The notes under the pieces were generated by a model. That model searched no databases. It saw only the letters and a list, made by a program, of their open reading frames with translations, and was not told the origin of the DNA. A program made the position numbers and the translations under genes. From Emiliania huxleyi CCMP1516 (taxonomy: Eukaryota), in NCBI RefSeq assembly GCF_000372725.1, contig NW_005201202.1, forward strand, positions 124,001 to 188,000: DNA of 64,000 bases, given 5' to 3'. The stretch's first letter is position 1. Every line of letters starts with the position of its first letter. This document shows, in pieces, positions 1-11,214 of this stretch.

Positions 1-1007
1 TCAGCACCAACGCCACGCTACGTTCTAGGGACGCAGAGCGCGCACTGAGAGACCACTCATACATATCGCTGTTGCGGGGCGGCAATGTGACTGGACTCGC
101 CGTGCGCGCCCAGCTAACCCTAGCCACCAGCCTTCGCCATACCCAGGTACGGTCGTACCTGTCTCCCCACCTAGTCATCCCAAATCCTCGGGCGACCGCG
201 CGGCTGCGCTACTCACAGGCAGTCTCCCTGCCGTAGCTGTTACAGGCACCACCCACCGACCAATCTCGACGACGAGCCGTGGCAGGGCTCGCTGCGCCAG
301 CTGCACAGCAGTACGCCACAACACAACATATTATATTATCCAACATAACCTCTCCCTGAGTGCCCTACCCTTGCGGGCTCAGTTGCCGCATTAGGAGCCT
401 TCGCACCGCGAGTGGGCTCAGGTGGGATCCACACAGAGAGAGGTTCAGTACAGAGCCGCACTCTACACACCTTATCCCCCTACTCGGGCGGCATCGTGGT
501 GAGACCCTGGGCAGTCAGAGAGGCTGGCAGTAAGTGGCGGGCTATGAAGTCGGGCCTCTCCCGACCCGCCATCGTTGCCTAAGGGAGGATCCTATCGGCC
601 ACTAGACCATGACAGATCAGAGGCGCACATGCCCTGTCCCAGCTCCCCCACTCCTCACACTGGGTTTGCAGTGCGCGGCCTCACCACCTCCCTACCAGGG
701 CAAACCCCCTCTCTCCCCCTAGGTGCTGCACTGGACGCCCATAGAAGGCGCGCGGCAGAGGCGGGAGCACGATGACACAACGCTTGAAAAACCATTCTGA
801 CGAGCCTCCGAGCATACTTGTGTGGACGTTTCGGGCTCCCATCCCCCGCCCCGGATCCGTGGGCGATCGCACACGCGGCTGGGGGGCACGGCGCGAGGTG
901 CCAGGTGGCGCTTACCACTGAAAAGGAGGTTTTGGAGCCCCTAAAAGCGTCATAATAGCCGCACGTTTGCACTCGCCGTGCCTTGCCATCTCCGAGCCGC
1001 GCCCCCT

Positions 1008-1236
1008 CCTTCAGTTTTAAGGCGAATCGGGTGCCGAACTCGGCGTCGACAGCTTTGGCTCGACATCTTTACCATTTTGGCGAGAAACGCATAAGCCGCC
1101 CCAGCGAAATGGCCGATACGGCCGGAATCGGAGGCGGCGCCGGGGCGGCTTATGCGTTTCTCGGGGTCGTGTGGTTTAGCCGGATATCGACCTGGTGTCC
1201 CGTGGGGAAGGTATTGAACTGCCTTAAAACGGAAGG
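1008..1236. repeat. Nested inverted repeat: two symmetric box pairs
   Basis: 1081-1102 is the exact reverse complement of 1142-1163 (22 bp). 1008-1023 matches the reverse complement of 1221-1236 with 1 mismatch. Both arms have 57-bp spacers. Confidence 0.85.
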
Positions 1237-2456
1237 GCACGTCCTGTTCACGCGATGGCCAGCCGTGGTGTGAGCCCGAAGGGTCGGCGAGTCGGCAGAC
1301 AGACAAAATAACCTCCAACTCCCTCAGTTTCTAGGACTCCCCTCTCAATGACCACCTCTATACACATTCGAGGTGGCCTTATCTTATGGAGGGAAGTGCT
1401 AGAATCATCATCTAGGAGGGAGGGGCCCCCCCGCCCGACCCGCGGATACTCCCTCTCGCGCCGGTTCGGCACGCGGGAGATTGCCACGTGGACGGAGGGG
1501 TTATTTTGCGAGGTGGAGGCCGACCTCTCAAGCAAGCTCGAGAGGCTTCGGATACCGGGGCTATCCGCAATAGATGTATTACGCCCTTTCTCCTCAACGG
1601 CTATCCCTGCTTCCCTATTGGGATTTCTTTTGCAGGTGCTGCGCCCTGCGTGGTCCCCGGTTTTGGACCGGGAGGGGAATTTTTTTTTGGGTGATGGAGA
1701 CGGTTCTGCGCCCGCCCTCAGTGTCGGTTCTGCGCTCGACTTTTTTTTTGAGGAAGGGAATTTACTGCGTTCTTCCCGCTCTTCCGGGGGAGTTGAAATG
1801 AGAATTTTGAAGGCCCTTTCGGGAAATGGTGCGCCGCAAAGGCGGGCTTGGGTCTAATAACTAGGTGGGCTGGGGACATGGGGCCCTCAGAAGGGTAGGG
1901 GTGGACTGTGCATGAAGGAGGATCAGACATGTACGCGTACACCGGGGGGGGGGGGGGGGGCAAAAGGGGGTGCGGGAGTGCAGACTGTCTCTTGAGAGCA
2001 GTCGTCGCCACGCGGGTAGAGCGGGCTGGCCGCAGAGCGGACGCTCGCTCCCCGGGCGCTGCGGGTACGCCCGCTGTGCGAAGAGGGGGCGCTGGCCGCT
2101 GGGCGGACGCGCCCTCTCCCCGAGAAGTGGTGCCTCTCTGAGGGCGTTGGTACCAGTCAGACTGGTAATGGTCTACTCCTACCAGGGAGGCATACCTGTT
2201 CGAGGTGGAGTCGAGTGCGAGCTGGTTCGTCTCGTCGCCGCCGCGCGGCGATGGGCGTAAAGCGTACCTAGTATTCCCTCGTATATAGGGTGTGGTTTCA
2301 GCAGAGGCACAGTATCGCCCATGTGTGGCGGCAGGAGCTGCACGCAGCTCTTTCGAGCGGCCACTTTTGGCAGGTTCGAGGACAGGTCGGCGCTTCGCGC
2401 CTTCGCGTAAGCGAACGCGTGCGCGCGTACGCGCGCGTGCGTGCACGTGCAAGTGC

Positions 2457-2482
2457 AACAAACGAACGAACGAACGAACGAC
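2457..2482. repeat. (AACG)n microsatellite
   Basis: aacaaacgaacgaacgaacgaacgac. Confidence 0.8.
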
Positions 2483-4605
2483 ACGCCAAAGCCTTGCCGC
2501 GCGCCTTTTGTGCGGCGTCCTCCGATGCAACTTGGTTCCGCGGCGGGGCGACCAGTCCCGGCGTTCGATCCCGTGGTCGAGAAGGCGTGAGAGCTGCACC
2601 GTCGCCGAGCCGGAGGCGGGCAAGCCCGAGGGCGCACCTGTGGCTTTGTGTCTCCATGCCAAAAAAAGAATTTTTTGACTCGGCGAGTCGGCACAGGCCA
2701 GCAGAGCCCTTGGTCAATTTGGCTCTGACGCCGTGCCAGTAGTCGGCGCGCCGCGATCTGCATACCTGTTCGTACCTCTACAGTAGTGCGGCCACGTGTA
2801 TTGCTGTTCGGCGAGCCGCGTTCCGCTCTCTCGACCGTGAGGCCAGTTGGCGGGCGCCTAAAGAGCCTGGTTTGTGCGTCGAGCGGTGAGCTCACAACAG
2901 ACACCGTCCGAGCCCGATGTACGCCAGGCGTCTCATTCCAAGCCCACTACGCATTCCCACGCGCTCAGGCGCCGCTCGAACCCCACCTCTTTGAGCCGGT
3001 TACCCCGCGGCAAGGCAACTCGGCGCTCTAGATGTGCGCGCTAGGCAGTCTCAACGCCGATTACTGCCGAGCGCGCACGACTCGTAGGCGTACCGGCGTG
3101 CCGCTGGCGTACTACGCGACGGTGGAGGCGCGTGGAATTGCTCAAAAGGCATGCATCTGTCGGAGAGCGTGCCGCAAGACCTGATGTGCCTCCGCTCCAG
3201 GTGTGTGGCAGTTCGATGGATCCAGCCCAGCGACCTCTACGTGACGATTGAGGACTGCTCTTCCCCTTCGGCCGAGCCTCCAGTCCCTGCCACCGTGCAC
3301 TGGCGCCAGCGAGCTCCATTCAGATCCCGCACGCGCGATCGGCAGTCGAGTTACAACCCGCAGCTGTGCTGTGTGCGCGCGCACTCGAAACGTGGTTCGG
3401 CGATCTCTCGGCGACCACTCGTCGACTCGCGCCCAGACGCGAGGTGCGTGCTCGCCCGGCCCCCCGTGAGGGGACTAGGCCATTTTTAGCGAGATCGGGG
3501 AAATCACTCTCATCGCCCGCCGCTCACGCTTCCCTCCCTCTCCCGCGCCGCCGTCTCCGGTCCTAGCCTGCGATACATTGAGACCTCACGCCCCGCGACT
3601 GTCTTCCACGCTCGCAGGCGGGCCTATCCGCCGTGCCACTCCATGCATGATCATCGCTGGGGGCAGCGGTGCTCGTGCGACTGCGGATTCGGCCTCACCT
3701 CACGCCCTCTAGCCTGCAGCTGCACGTTGCCGGGCGCCATTCTCGAGCCCTCTGGCGAATGGGCCCAAATCCGGGCTCTGAGCACGCCTACTGCTGACGA
3801 TCTATGTAGCTAGTGCGGTGGGGTCTGGCGCAGGTGCGCGAGACCGTCGCCACAGGGGGGGGCGCGCGATTATGTGGGCGCTCCCGAGGGGGCGAAACCG
3901 CGTGTTCAAGGGAAACGAGGCGAATTGCGCCCCCAAAATGGTCCTGAGCGGCTCCAACGACCTCCCCAACACCCGAGGTGCACGACACGACCGCTTGTTC
4001 GAACATTAGCGACACAAGTATTTATTCCTGTGGGTTGTGTCATCGTGCGGGAGGGAGGCGGGGAGAATCTAGCTCGCTCTGGCAGGGAGGCAAGGGTGTG
4101 ATAGAGTGTTTGGGTGAGAACAGGCGGAGCGTGTGTGCCTGGGCGCGATCGGGAGGGCACTTGTGACGAGGCATGGTTAGGCGAGTGGCAGTCGCTGGTG
4201 CGGACTTGCTGAGTCGTGTGTGCTCCTTTTTGCTTGCTAAGACTGGAACAATTTTTTTTCAGGCAGCCTTAAAATGGGCCATGGCCCGCTTTAACCGTTT
4301 AAGCCGTTTAAGCCGCAGGCGCCCCAGGGGGCCGGCACCCTTTTAAGCCTAGGCCCCCCCCGTAAGAATCAAATCGCATCAGCAACAGAGATCAAATCGC
4401 ATCAGCGACGAACAGAGACACAGCGCGGCGCAAGCCGCAAGGCCGCTGGTGCTGGTGTGCCTGGAGGCACCAGGAGCCGGCGCGGCCTCCCGGCCTGCCC
4501 ATCCCACGAGAGAGAGCCGAGACCCATCACACAACGGATGATGCTGAATAAACCTCTGTCGAATGCTGCATGAGGCGGCAAAGGATGGGGCGGCTCACGC
4601 GGGCC

Positions 4606-7600
4606 TCACGCCACCTCCACCTCCATGTCGGGTGCAAGGGCCTTCGTCCCTGGTCGCGGCGTCGGCGTTGCCGCCTTGAAGACGTCGGCCTTGGCGAGCA
4701 GGATGTCGCCATCAAAGTTGGCGCGGTTGGGCAGCACCGCCGCGAGGAGCGCCTCGTCGCGCACGCCGAGCCACTGCGCCTGCGCGTTGAAGACGGCCTC
4801 CCACGGCGTCGTCGGGATGAAGCGGCCGCGCATCTGCAGCTTGTCCGACGCGGGGACGAGCAGCGTGCCCGGGTAGCGGCCAAACAGGCGGCCGCCGCGC
4901 ACGGCGCCGCCGGCGAGTAGCGCGTGGCCGCCCCAGCCGTGGTCGGTGCCAAAGCCGTTGTTGGTGATTGTTCTGCCAAACTCGGACGCCGACATGACCG
5001 AGACCGACTCCCACATGCCCTGCAGCTTCATCTGCGCGGCGAAGGTGCCGATCGCCGCGTCGAGCTGGCCCGTCAGCTTCTGCAGCCGCGTCAGCTGGTC
5101 GGTATGCGTGTCCCAGCCGCCGAGCGAGACAAAGAAAAGGTCGCGCTCGCCCCGGAGCTGCGCGCGCGCCTTGATCACCTTGGAGACAACCTCGAGCTGC
5201 GTGCTCAGTGGGTTGCGCGCGTCGAACTTGGTCGAGGAGTTGGTCTGGCCGGGCAGCGCCGTCGCGTCGAGCACGGCACCAAGGGCCTCCATGTCCTGGT
5301 TGGCGTGCTGTATGGCCGCCGCCGCCGTCTCCGCGAAGATCGATCCCGACTCGAACGCCGTCAGGTTGCCCAGCGCCTCCTTCAGCGGCGCGTAGCGCTT
5401 CCAGCGCACCGCGCCGCCGCCGGTGAGCACTTTGGGCGGGGCGCCGCCCTGCACCGCCTTCGCGTTGCCCGAGATTGAGTACAGCATCGAGCTGTACGGT
5501 GCGCCATCATCGCTCTGCTTGGTGGCGAGCGCGGTCGCGAGGCGTGCGAGGACGCCCTTGGCGGAGGAGATGGCCTGCGCGTGCACGGTCTGCGTGGCTG
5601 CCTTCTGGGTCGTGTGAGCGAAGAGCAGCTGTGGCAGCTCTGGCGAGCCGGCGAGCGCCTGTGGCGTAAGCGGCTCGACAAGCGGGCCGACATTTGCAAC
5701 GTAGCCTAGCTCGCCCGCCTTGTACATGGTCTGGATGTTGTTCATTCCGGGGTGAAGCCCAAACGTGGAGCACGGCGGCTTGGCCTTGGATGCGGTGGCG
5801 TCGATCGAATGGAGCGCCGACGCGTTGTACGCTAGGGGTCCCTTGAGCGCAGTGTACTGCGCAAAGAGGTCGGCGCCCACTTCGCAGCCGCTGAGCGGCA
5901 CGAGGTGCGAGTACGTGTCGGCGCCGCCATCGAGGTACAAATATAGGAGCGCTTTGTAGCCCCGGCCGGGCGGCGGCGGCGGCGGCGGCGCGGGCAACGT
6001 GCGCTTCACAGCGCGGCGCGCGTTAAAGGTGGTGGCGTGAAACTCGGGTAAGAGGCCGAAGAGCTCCTCGGCGACGCCGACCGCGGTGCGCAAACGCGGG
6101 GCCGAGAGGTTGGCGCCGAGAAAGGCAGCGACGGCGTCGGAAATGTACTCGCGGTTGGCCGGATGGAGACGCCCCCCTGTTAGCAGCACGTCGAGCTGCG
6201 CGACCGTCTGCTGCGCTGCCTCTGCTCGCGTGAAGTTGGGCGGCAGCCTCGGCGAGAAGGCGAGCACGCCGTCGGACTGCGCCAGCGCCTCCTTGGAGGG
6301 CGGACAGCGCATGCCGAAGCCGCCGCTGCACGAGGCGAGGCCGTTTCTGACGAGCGACGAGACGCCGTTGAGGTGGGAGATGGCGGTGGGCGCCGTGAGG
6401 ATTTGCGCCTCGGGCGAGTGTAGCTTGGCGCCCGCGACGGCACCGTCAGGCGCATAGTCGGGGAAGTAGAAATTAAAAACGGTCGGCGAGTCGAAGACCT
6501 GCTCTCCCAGCTTGTCCTCGAGGCGGGGCAAGTCGAGCTCACCACCGTGGCTCGGCACATACTCCAACGAGCGTAGCAGCCCAATCAGTTTGACGATCGG
6601 CTCACGTAGCTTTCCCGCCGCCGGGTCGAGGTCGAGCGTCGGCGAGCGCGCCTCCGGGTCGAGCAGGATGGCGGCGACGGTGGCGGCGAGGTCGCCGTGG
6701 TGGCCCGAGTAGGTCCTGCCCGAGTGCGCGCCGGACTTGAAGGCGGCGACGGCCGACGCGACGTAGCGCGGCGACGGGTTGCTCGTGACAAAGCGCTGGA
6801 TCAGCTGTGAGGCGACGAAGGGCCCCGTGTTGGCGTGATAGAAGAGGTGGTCGAGCAGCGCTTCCGTCTCGTACGCCGCGTCGCGCGCGCTCGGCAGCGC
6901 AAACGAGTGGAACGTCGGCGGGTTGCGGAACTCGAACCCACCCGAGTTGTTGAGGCGGACGATCGACTCCTTATTGGTGAGGTAGACCGGTCGCGTGCCG
7001 TTGAGAACGATGCGGAACATCGTCGACGCGTCAAAGCTGCGGTCAAGGCCCTCCTCGTCCGCCTCGGCGCCCTCCCCGCCGGAGGAGCTGCGGTGGAGGT
7101 AGACGGCGACGCCACGGTTCGCGGCAGCGGCGCATGCCGCACTCGCGCACGCGCGGTACGTCCCAGCGTCGAAGCTGTCGGGGTGCGGCGCGCCGATGGT
7201 GAGCTGCTCCTCGATATCGGCCGCGGTCGGCACGGCGGCCGCGTCGGTAAAGACGGCGCGCTCGACGACCCTGGTCGCGCACATGCACGACGAGCCGTGC
7301 GCCTTGCAGCCGAGCGAGACGCAGCTGTCGGTGCCGCCAGTCTTGGCAAGCGACGGGAAGCGGCCGCCCGCCCAGCGCACGCGCAGCTCGTTACCGCTGT
7401 CGGGCTGGAAGGCGGGGTCGCTGCTGGCGGGGTGGACGATCGTCACAAGGCCCGCGCTATCGACCTGGGCGACGGGCGCGCCACACTCCGCGCTCGTCCA
7501 CGAGTACATGAACGCCGACGCGAAGCCGGTGGCGCGCGAGCCGTTGCCAAAGGAGCGGCAGACATGGGCGTCCGTCGCCTTGCACCGTGCGGCGGCGGTG

Positions 7601-10600
7601 GCGAACCTGACGCGCTCGGCGCGGTAGGTCTTCGCCTTGCCATCCTCGGAGTGGTTCTGGTGGACGGTGGGCGACTCGCAGCACGCGACGCCCGCCGCGA
7701 CGGTCGCGGGGTCGGCGCACGCGACGTAGCGGTAGTGGGGAGGAGGGTGTGTGGGCTCGCCGTGTGCTCCAGGCTGCAGGAACGACGAGTTTTGTACGAG
7801 GCGGCCGCCTTCGTAGAAGGCTAGCTCGACGCACGCCGGGCGGATGTACTCATAGTAGACGACCTCAGTGGCGCTGCGCACGCCGACGACAATGAGCGTG
7901 TCGACGCGGCACTCGGCGCCGTCGCACGGGAGCGCGCCGCCGTGCGTGCTGCTGCTACTGCCGGGCACCGGCGGTGCCTCGAGCGTGACCTCGCTCAGGA
8001 AGGTGCAGCCGCCGCTCGTGTGCGCGCCGTGCGGCGGGTTGGCCGGCCTGCAGAGCTTGCGGTACAGCGCCGACGTGTTGCGCAGCTCCAGCGCGGGCGA
8101 TACCCTGGCGTACTGCATCTTCGGGGTGGGCTTGCGGCCGAGGTACGAGTAGCGTGCGCCGGCGCGCAGGAAGGAACGGCGCGGAAGCTCGGCGCAGAGC
8201 GGATAGCGATCGCCCAGGTGGCCGTCGTTGAGGTCGACCTTCGGGAAGAGGTCGCGGTACGCCTTGTAGCCGGTAGACCCGAAGTTCGTGATGACCATTG
8301 GGTCGACGAACGCCCACGCAGAGAGGCCGAGGTTGTCGCGGCTGAGCCCGTGGCCGAAGCCCGTCCAGGCGCGCGAGAAAGCCATCATGTGCTGCGTGTC
8401 GTAGGTGGGGATCGGCTTGCCGTGCGCGTCGTTGATGACGGTGCCGTCGTCGCGCAGCTTGACGAGGCCGATTGTGAAGAGCTGCATCAGCTCGCGGCCG
8501 TAGTTCTCGTCGGGCGGCGTGCCCTTGGAGGCCTTGGAGCGCGAGCCGAAGAAAGAGAGGTAGTTCGCCATCATCGCCGAGTACGAGACCTCCGTGAGGA
8601 GATGGCGCAGGTTGCCGAAGGCGTGGCGCACGAAGAGGTCGTAGTAGGTGAGCCACGACTCACTCGCCTGCGTCTGGTACCCCTGCTCCGAGATGACGTA
8701 GATCTGCGAGAGCGCCCAAGCGACGCGCTGACGCAGCTGGTCGTTTGCCTTGAAGGCCACGTTGGGCCACACAGAGAGCAGACCCCTCTCCTGTGAGCGG
8801 TAGAGCTCGGGGATGCCGTGGTACTGCGCACCAGTGGTCGTCTCCCAGAAGATCGGGTAGAGGTGGTTGTGCGTCGGGTCGCTAGCCACCTCGCCGGGCG
8901 AGCCGCAGATCTCCGGCGCGTCGGTCGAGAGCGTTGCGCTGGCGCCAAAAGCGGCAGCGAGGCTCGGCGACTGCGCTGAGCTCGGCAGCCGATCAAAGGT
9001 CACGTTGGCGCCGAGGGCGCCGATGAGGTGTAGCCGACTCTCGCGCGTCGTCCACTGCGCGGGCGATCGCGGCGGGCGGCGTCAGGGACGAGGGCGGCAG
9101 CGGGCGTGGCGGCGGGCAGGCGGCGGGCCTGGTCCATCGTGTGGCTCGCCGGGAACCGCAGCGTCGTCTGCGCCGCGACGCCCGACCAGTCCGGCAGCTT
9201 GGCGAAAGCCTCGATCGGGTTGGCGCCCGCGCCGAACCTGGGCGAGCCATCGTGCGTGTATCGCCACGCGGTCGCGTCGTAGACGTTGAGCTGCTTGCCG
9301 TGCGAGTGCTCCCAGCAGACGCCGTCGACCTCGACACGCGCGCCGATGGCGGTGACGCCGCCGGCCTCGGTTGTGCAGCTGCCGTTGCTGACGGCGCCCG
9401 GCGAGTTGACGGTCGTGTTGCGCACGAAGATATTGCGCCGCCACGGAGACGGCGCTGCGCGCACCGCCTCGGCGAGCGTCGCTCGCGTCGCGGCGTCGAG
9501 GGGCGTCGCGGGCCCGACGTGGCTCGCCTTCGAGCCGCACGGCGCGTGCAGCGAGACCCACCGGCTCTCGCCGTGGCAGGGCGAGACTCGCGCCTCGCCC
9601 TCGAGCCTCAGCCCGTCGAGGGCGTACAGGTAGACCCCACCCACCTCGTAGAACTTGCGCAGTGTCGCGTGGCTCAGCGGAAGCGTTGTCCTCGAGTAGT
9701 CCACGGCGGCGCACGCCGGACGCCGCACGCATGTCGGCGCGTTGAGGAAATTCTTTGCGACCCGCGGGCAGCTCTCGCCGGGAAGGCGCTGGTCGAGCGG
9801 TGTCGTCAGGTCGGCGGGCGCCTCCAGCGTGTTGCGCGCCATCGCCAGGCGGGGGTCGTGCTTGTACCACACGCCGCCGCGCCGCATGAGCGCACCGAGT
9901 TGAGCCACGACGCCCTGCAGCGTGCACGGGGCGTGCAACGCCTCGAGGACGAAGATCTCGCGGTCGGTCGGCGAGTAGCCAATCCCCGAGGTCGGGCTCG
10001 CGAGGGAGAAGACCGGCTTCAGCGGTGCGGCGGCCGCCGACACGTCGAGGAAGTTGGCCGGCATCACCTCCGCCGGCTCTCCGCCGCCGACCGAGGAGGC
10101 GAAGCTGAGGTTGACGTTCCTCACCGCGATCAGCATTGTCTGGCTGGTGCAATTGAGCGCCACAGAACCGCGAGCGCCGACCCGCTCGACGACGTGGCAG
10201 ACGGTGCCGCGCCAAGGCGGCGATGATACGCTGTGCAGCCCGAGCTTGCCGAGCACGTCAAAGTCCTTGGCGTGCGGCACCAGCGTGCGCGGCTCGCCGC
10301 CAACGGCAATGAGGAGTGCGCCGCCCCGCCTGGCAGTGACGGTGATTGGCGCTCCCACGTCTCGCTGCGAGAGCGCGAAGCGGTGCCACATCGAGCCGGC
10401 ACGACACGCGGGCGAGAAGCCGCCGAGTGTGGTGTGCATATCGCCACGCGGCGTCGCACGCGCGCGGAAGTAGGCGCGGTGGAGCGTGGCCGGCGCCGCG
10501 ATCTGCTCGTCGATCCACTCCGAGACGGCTGAGGAGCCGCCAGGGCCCACGAGCTTCGCACTCAGCCGAGCGACGTCAAGCAGGGTCGGCCCGTACGTCG

Positions 10601-10973
10601 CCTGAGCGAGCAGCTTCGCTGCTTCGTATTTCGGCTCGAGGTGCGACGGGCGCCGCACCGCCGTAAGGTTGTGTTCGACGAGGTGGAAGGACGTCCCATT
10701 GATTGCAGGCACCTGCACGACGCATGCCTTGGCTGAGCAGCTGTGGACATGCACGCCTGCAATGAGCGGGTCCAAGGCCGACTCCCACGCCAGCCCATCG
10801 TAGCTTCGAGCGGCGGTGGCCCAGTGCGCATTGCTGAGCGGGAGCTTCGACTCAGCCGGCGCACGTGCTATCCTGAGCAGCTGGTTGTGGAGCGAGCGCG
10901 GGAGCGTGTGGTTTCCGGCGGAGAGCGGTCCGTCGGTGATGGCGAGCACTGTTGCGAGTGCGAGTGGCAGCAT
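4606..10973 (-). CDS. Secreted DUF1800 + DUF1501 fusion protein, ~2097 aa, 2 exons (10973-9129, 9054-4606)
   Basis: Signal-peptide-like start MLPLALATVLA. DUF1800-like motifs: AAKLLAQATYGPT, DQLRQRVAWALSQI, PDENYGRELMQLFTIGL, LIQRFVTSNPSPRYV, KLREPI. DUF1501-like motifs: LYLDGGAD, FGLHP, GGWDTH, SEFGRT..NG.GTDHGWGG. A 74-bp GC-AG intron (9055-9128) joins the two long ORFs in frame. Confidence 0.85.
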
Positions 10974-11214
10974 CGTGACTGGGACCGCCACCGCCTCCGC
11001 CGCCGCCGGCCACACTGTGTCCGTCCGCAATCTGTGCTTCAGCGAGCCTGGAGTCGCTAGTGTATATCTTGAGTGTCCTCTCTCGGCAGCGATGACAGCA
11101 GCAATAAGTACACGTTACCGGTAAGTACACACGTGCGCCCTCGCGCGAGGCTGCTACTCGAGTAGGTAGCTAATACGCCACCTGTGGATGTGCGTGCCTC
11201 CCCCACCCCTCCCG

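Noticed and set aside
1..4400. ORFs in the left 4.4 kb (e.g. 1348-1857, 1718-2662)
   Set aside because: No recognisable motifs or host-like codon bias. Likely spurious ORFs in repeat-derived DNA.
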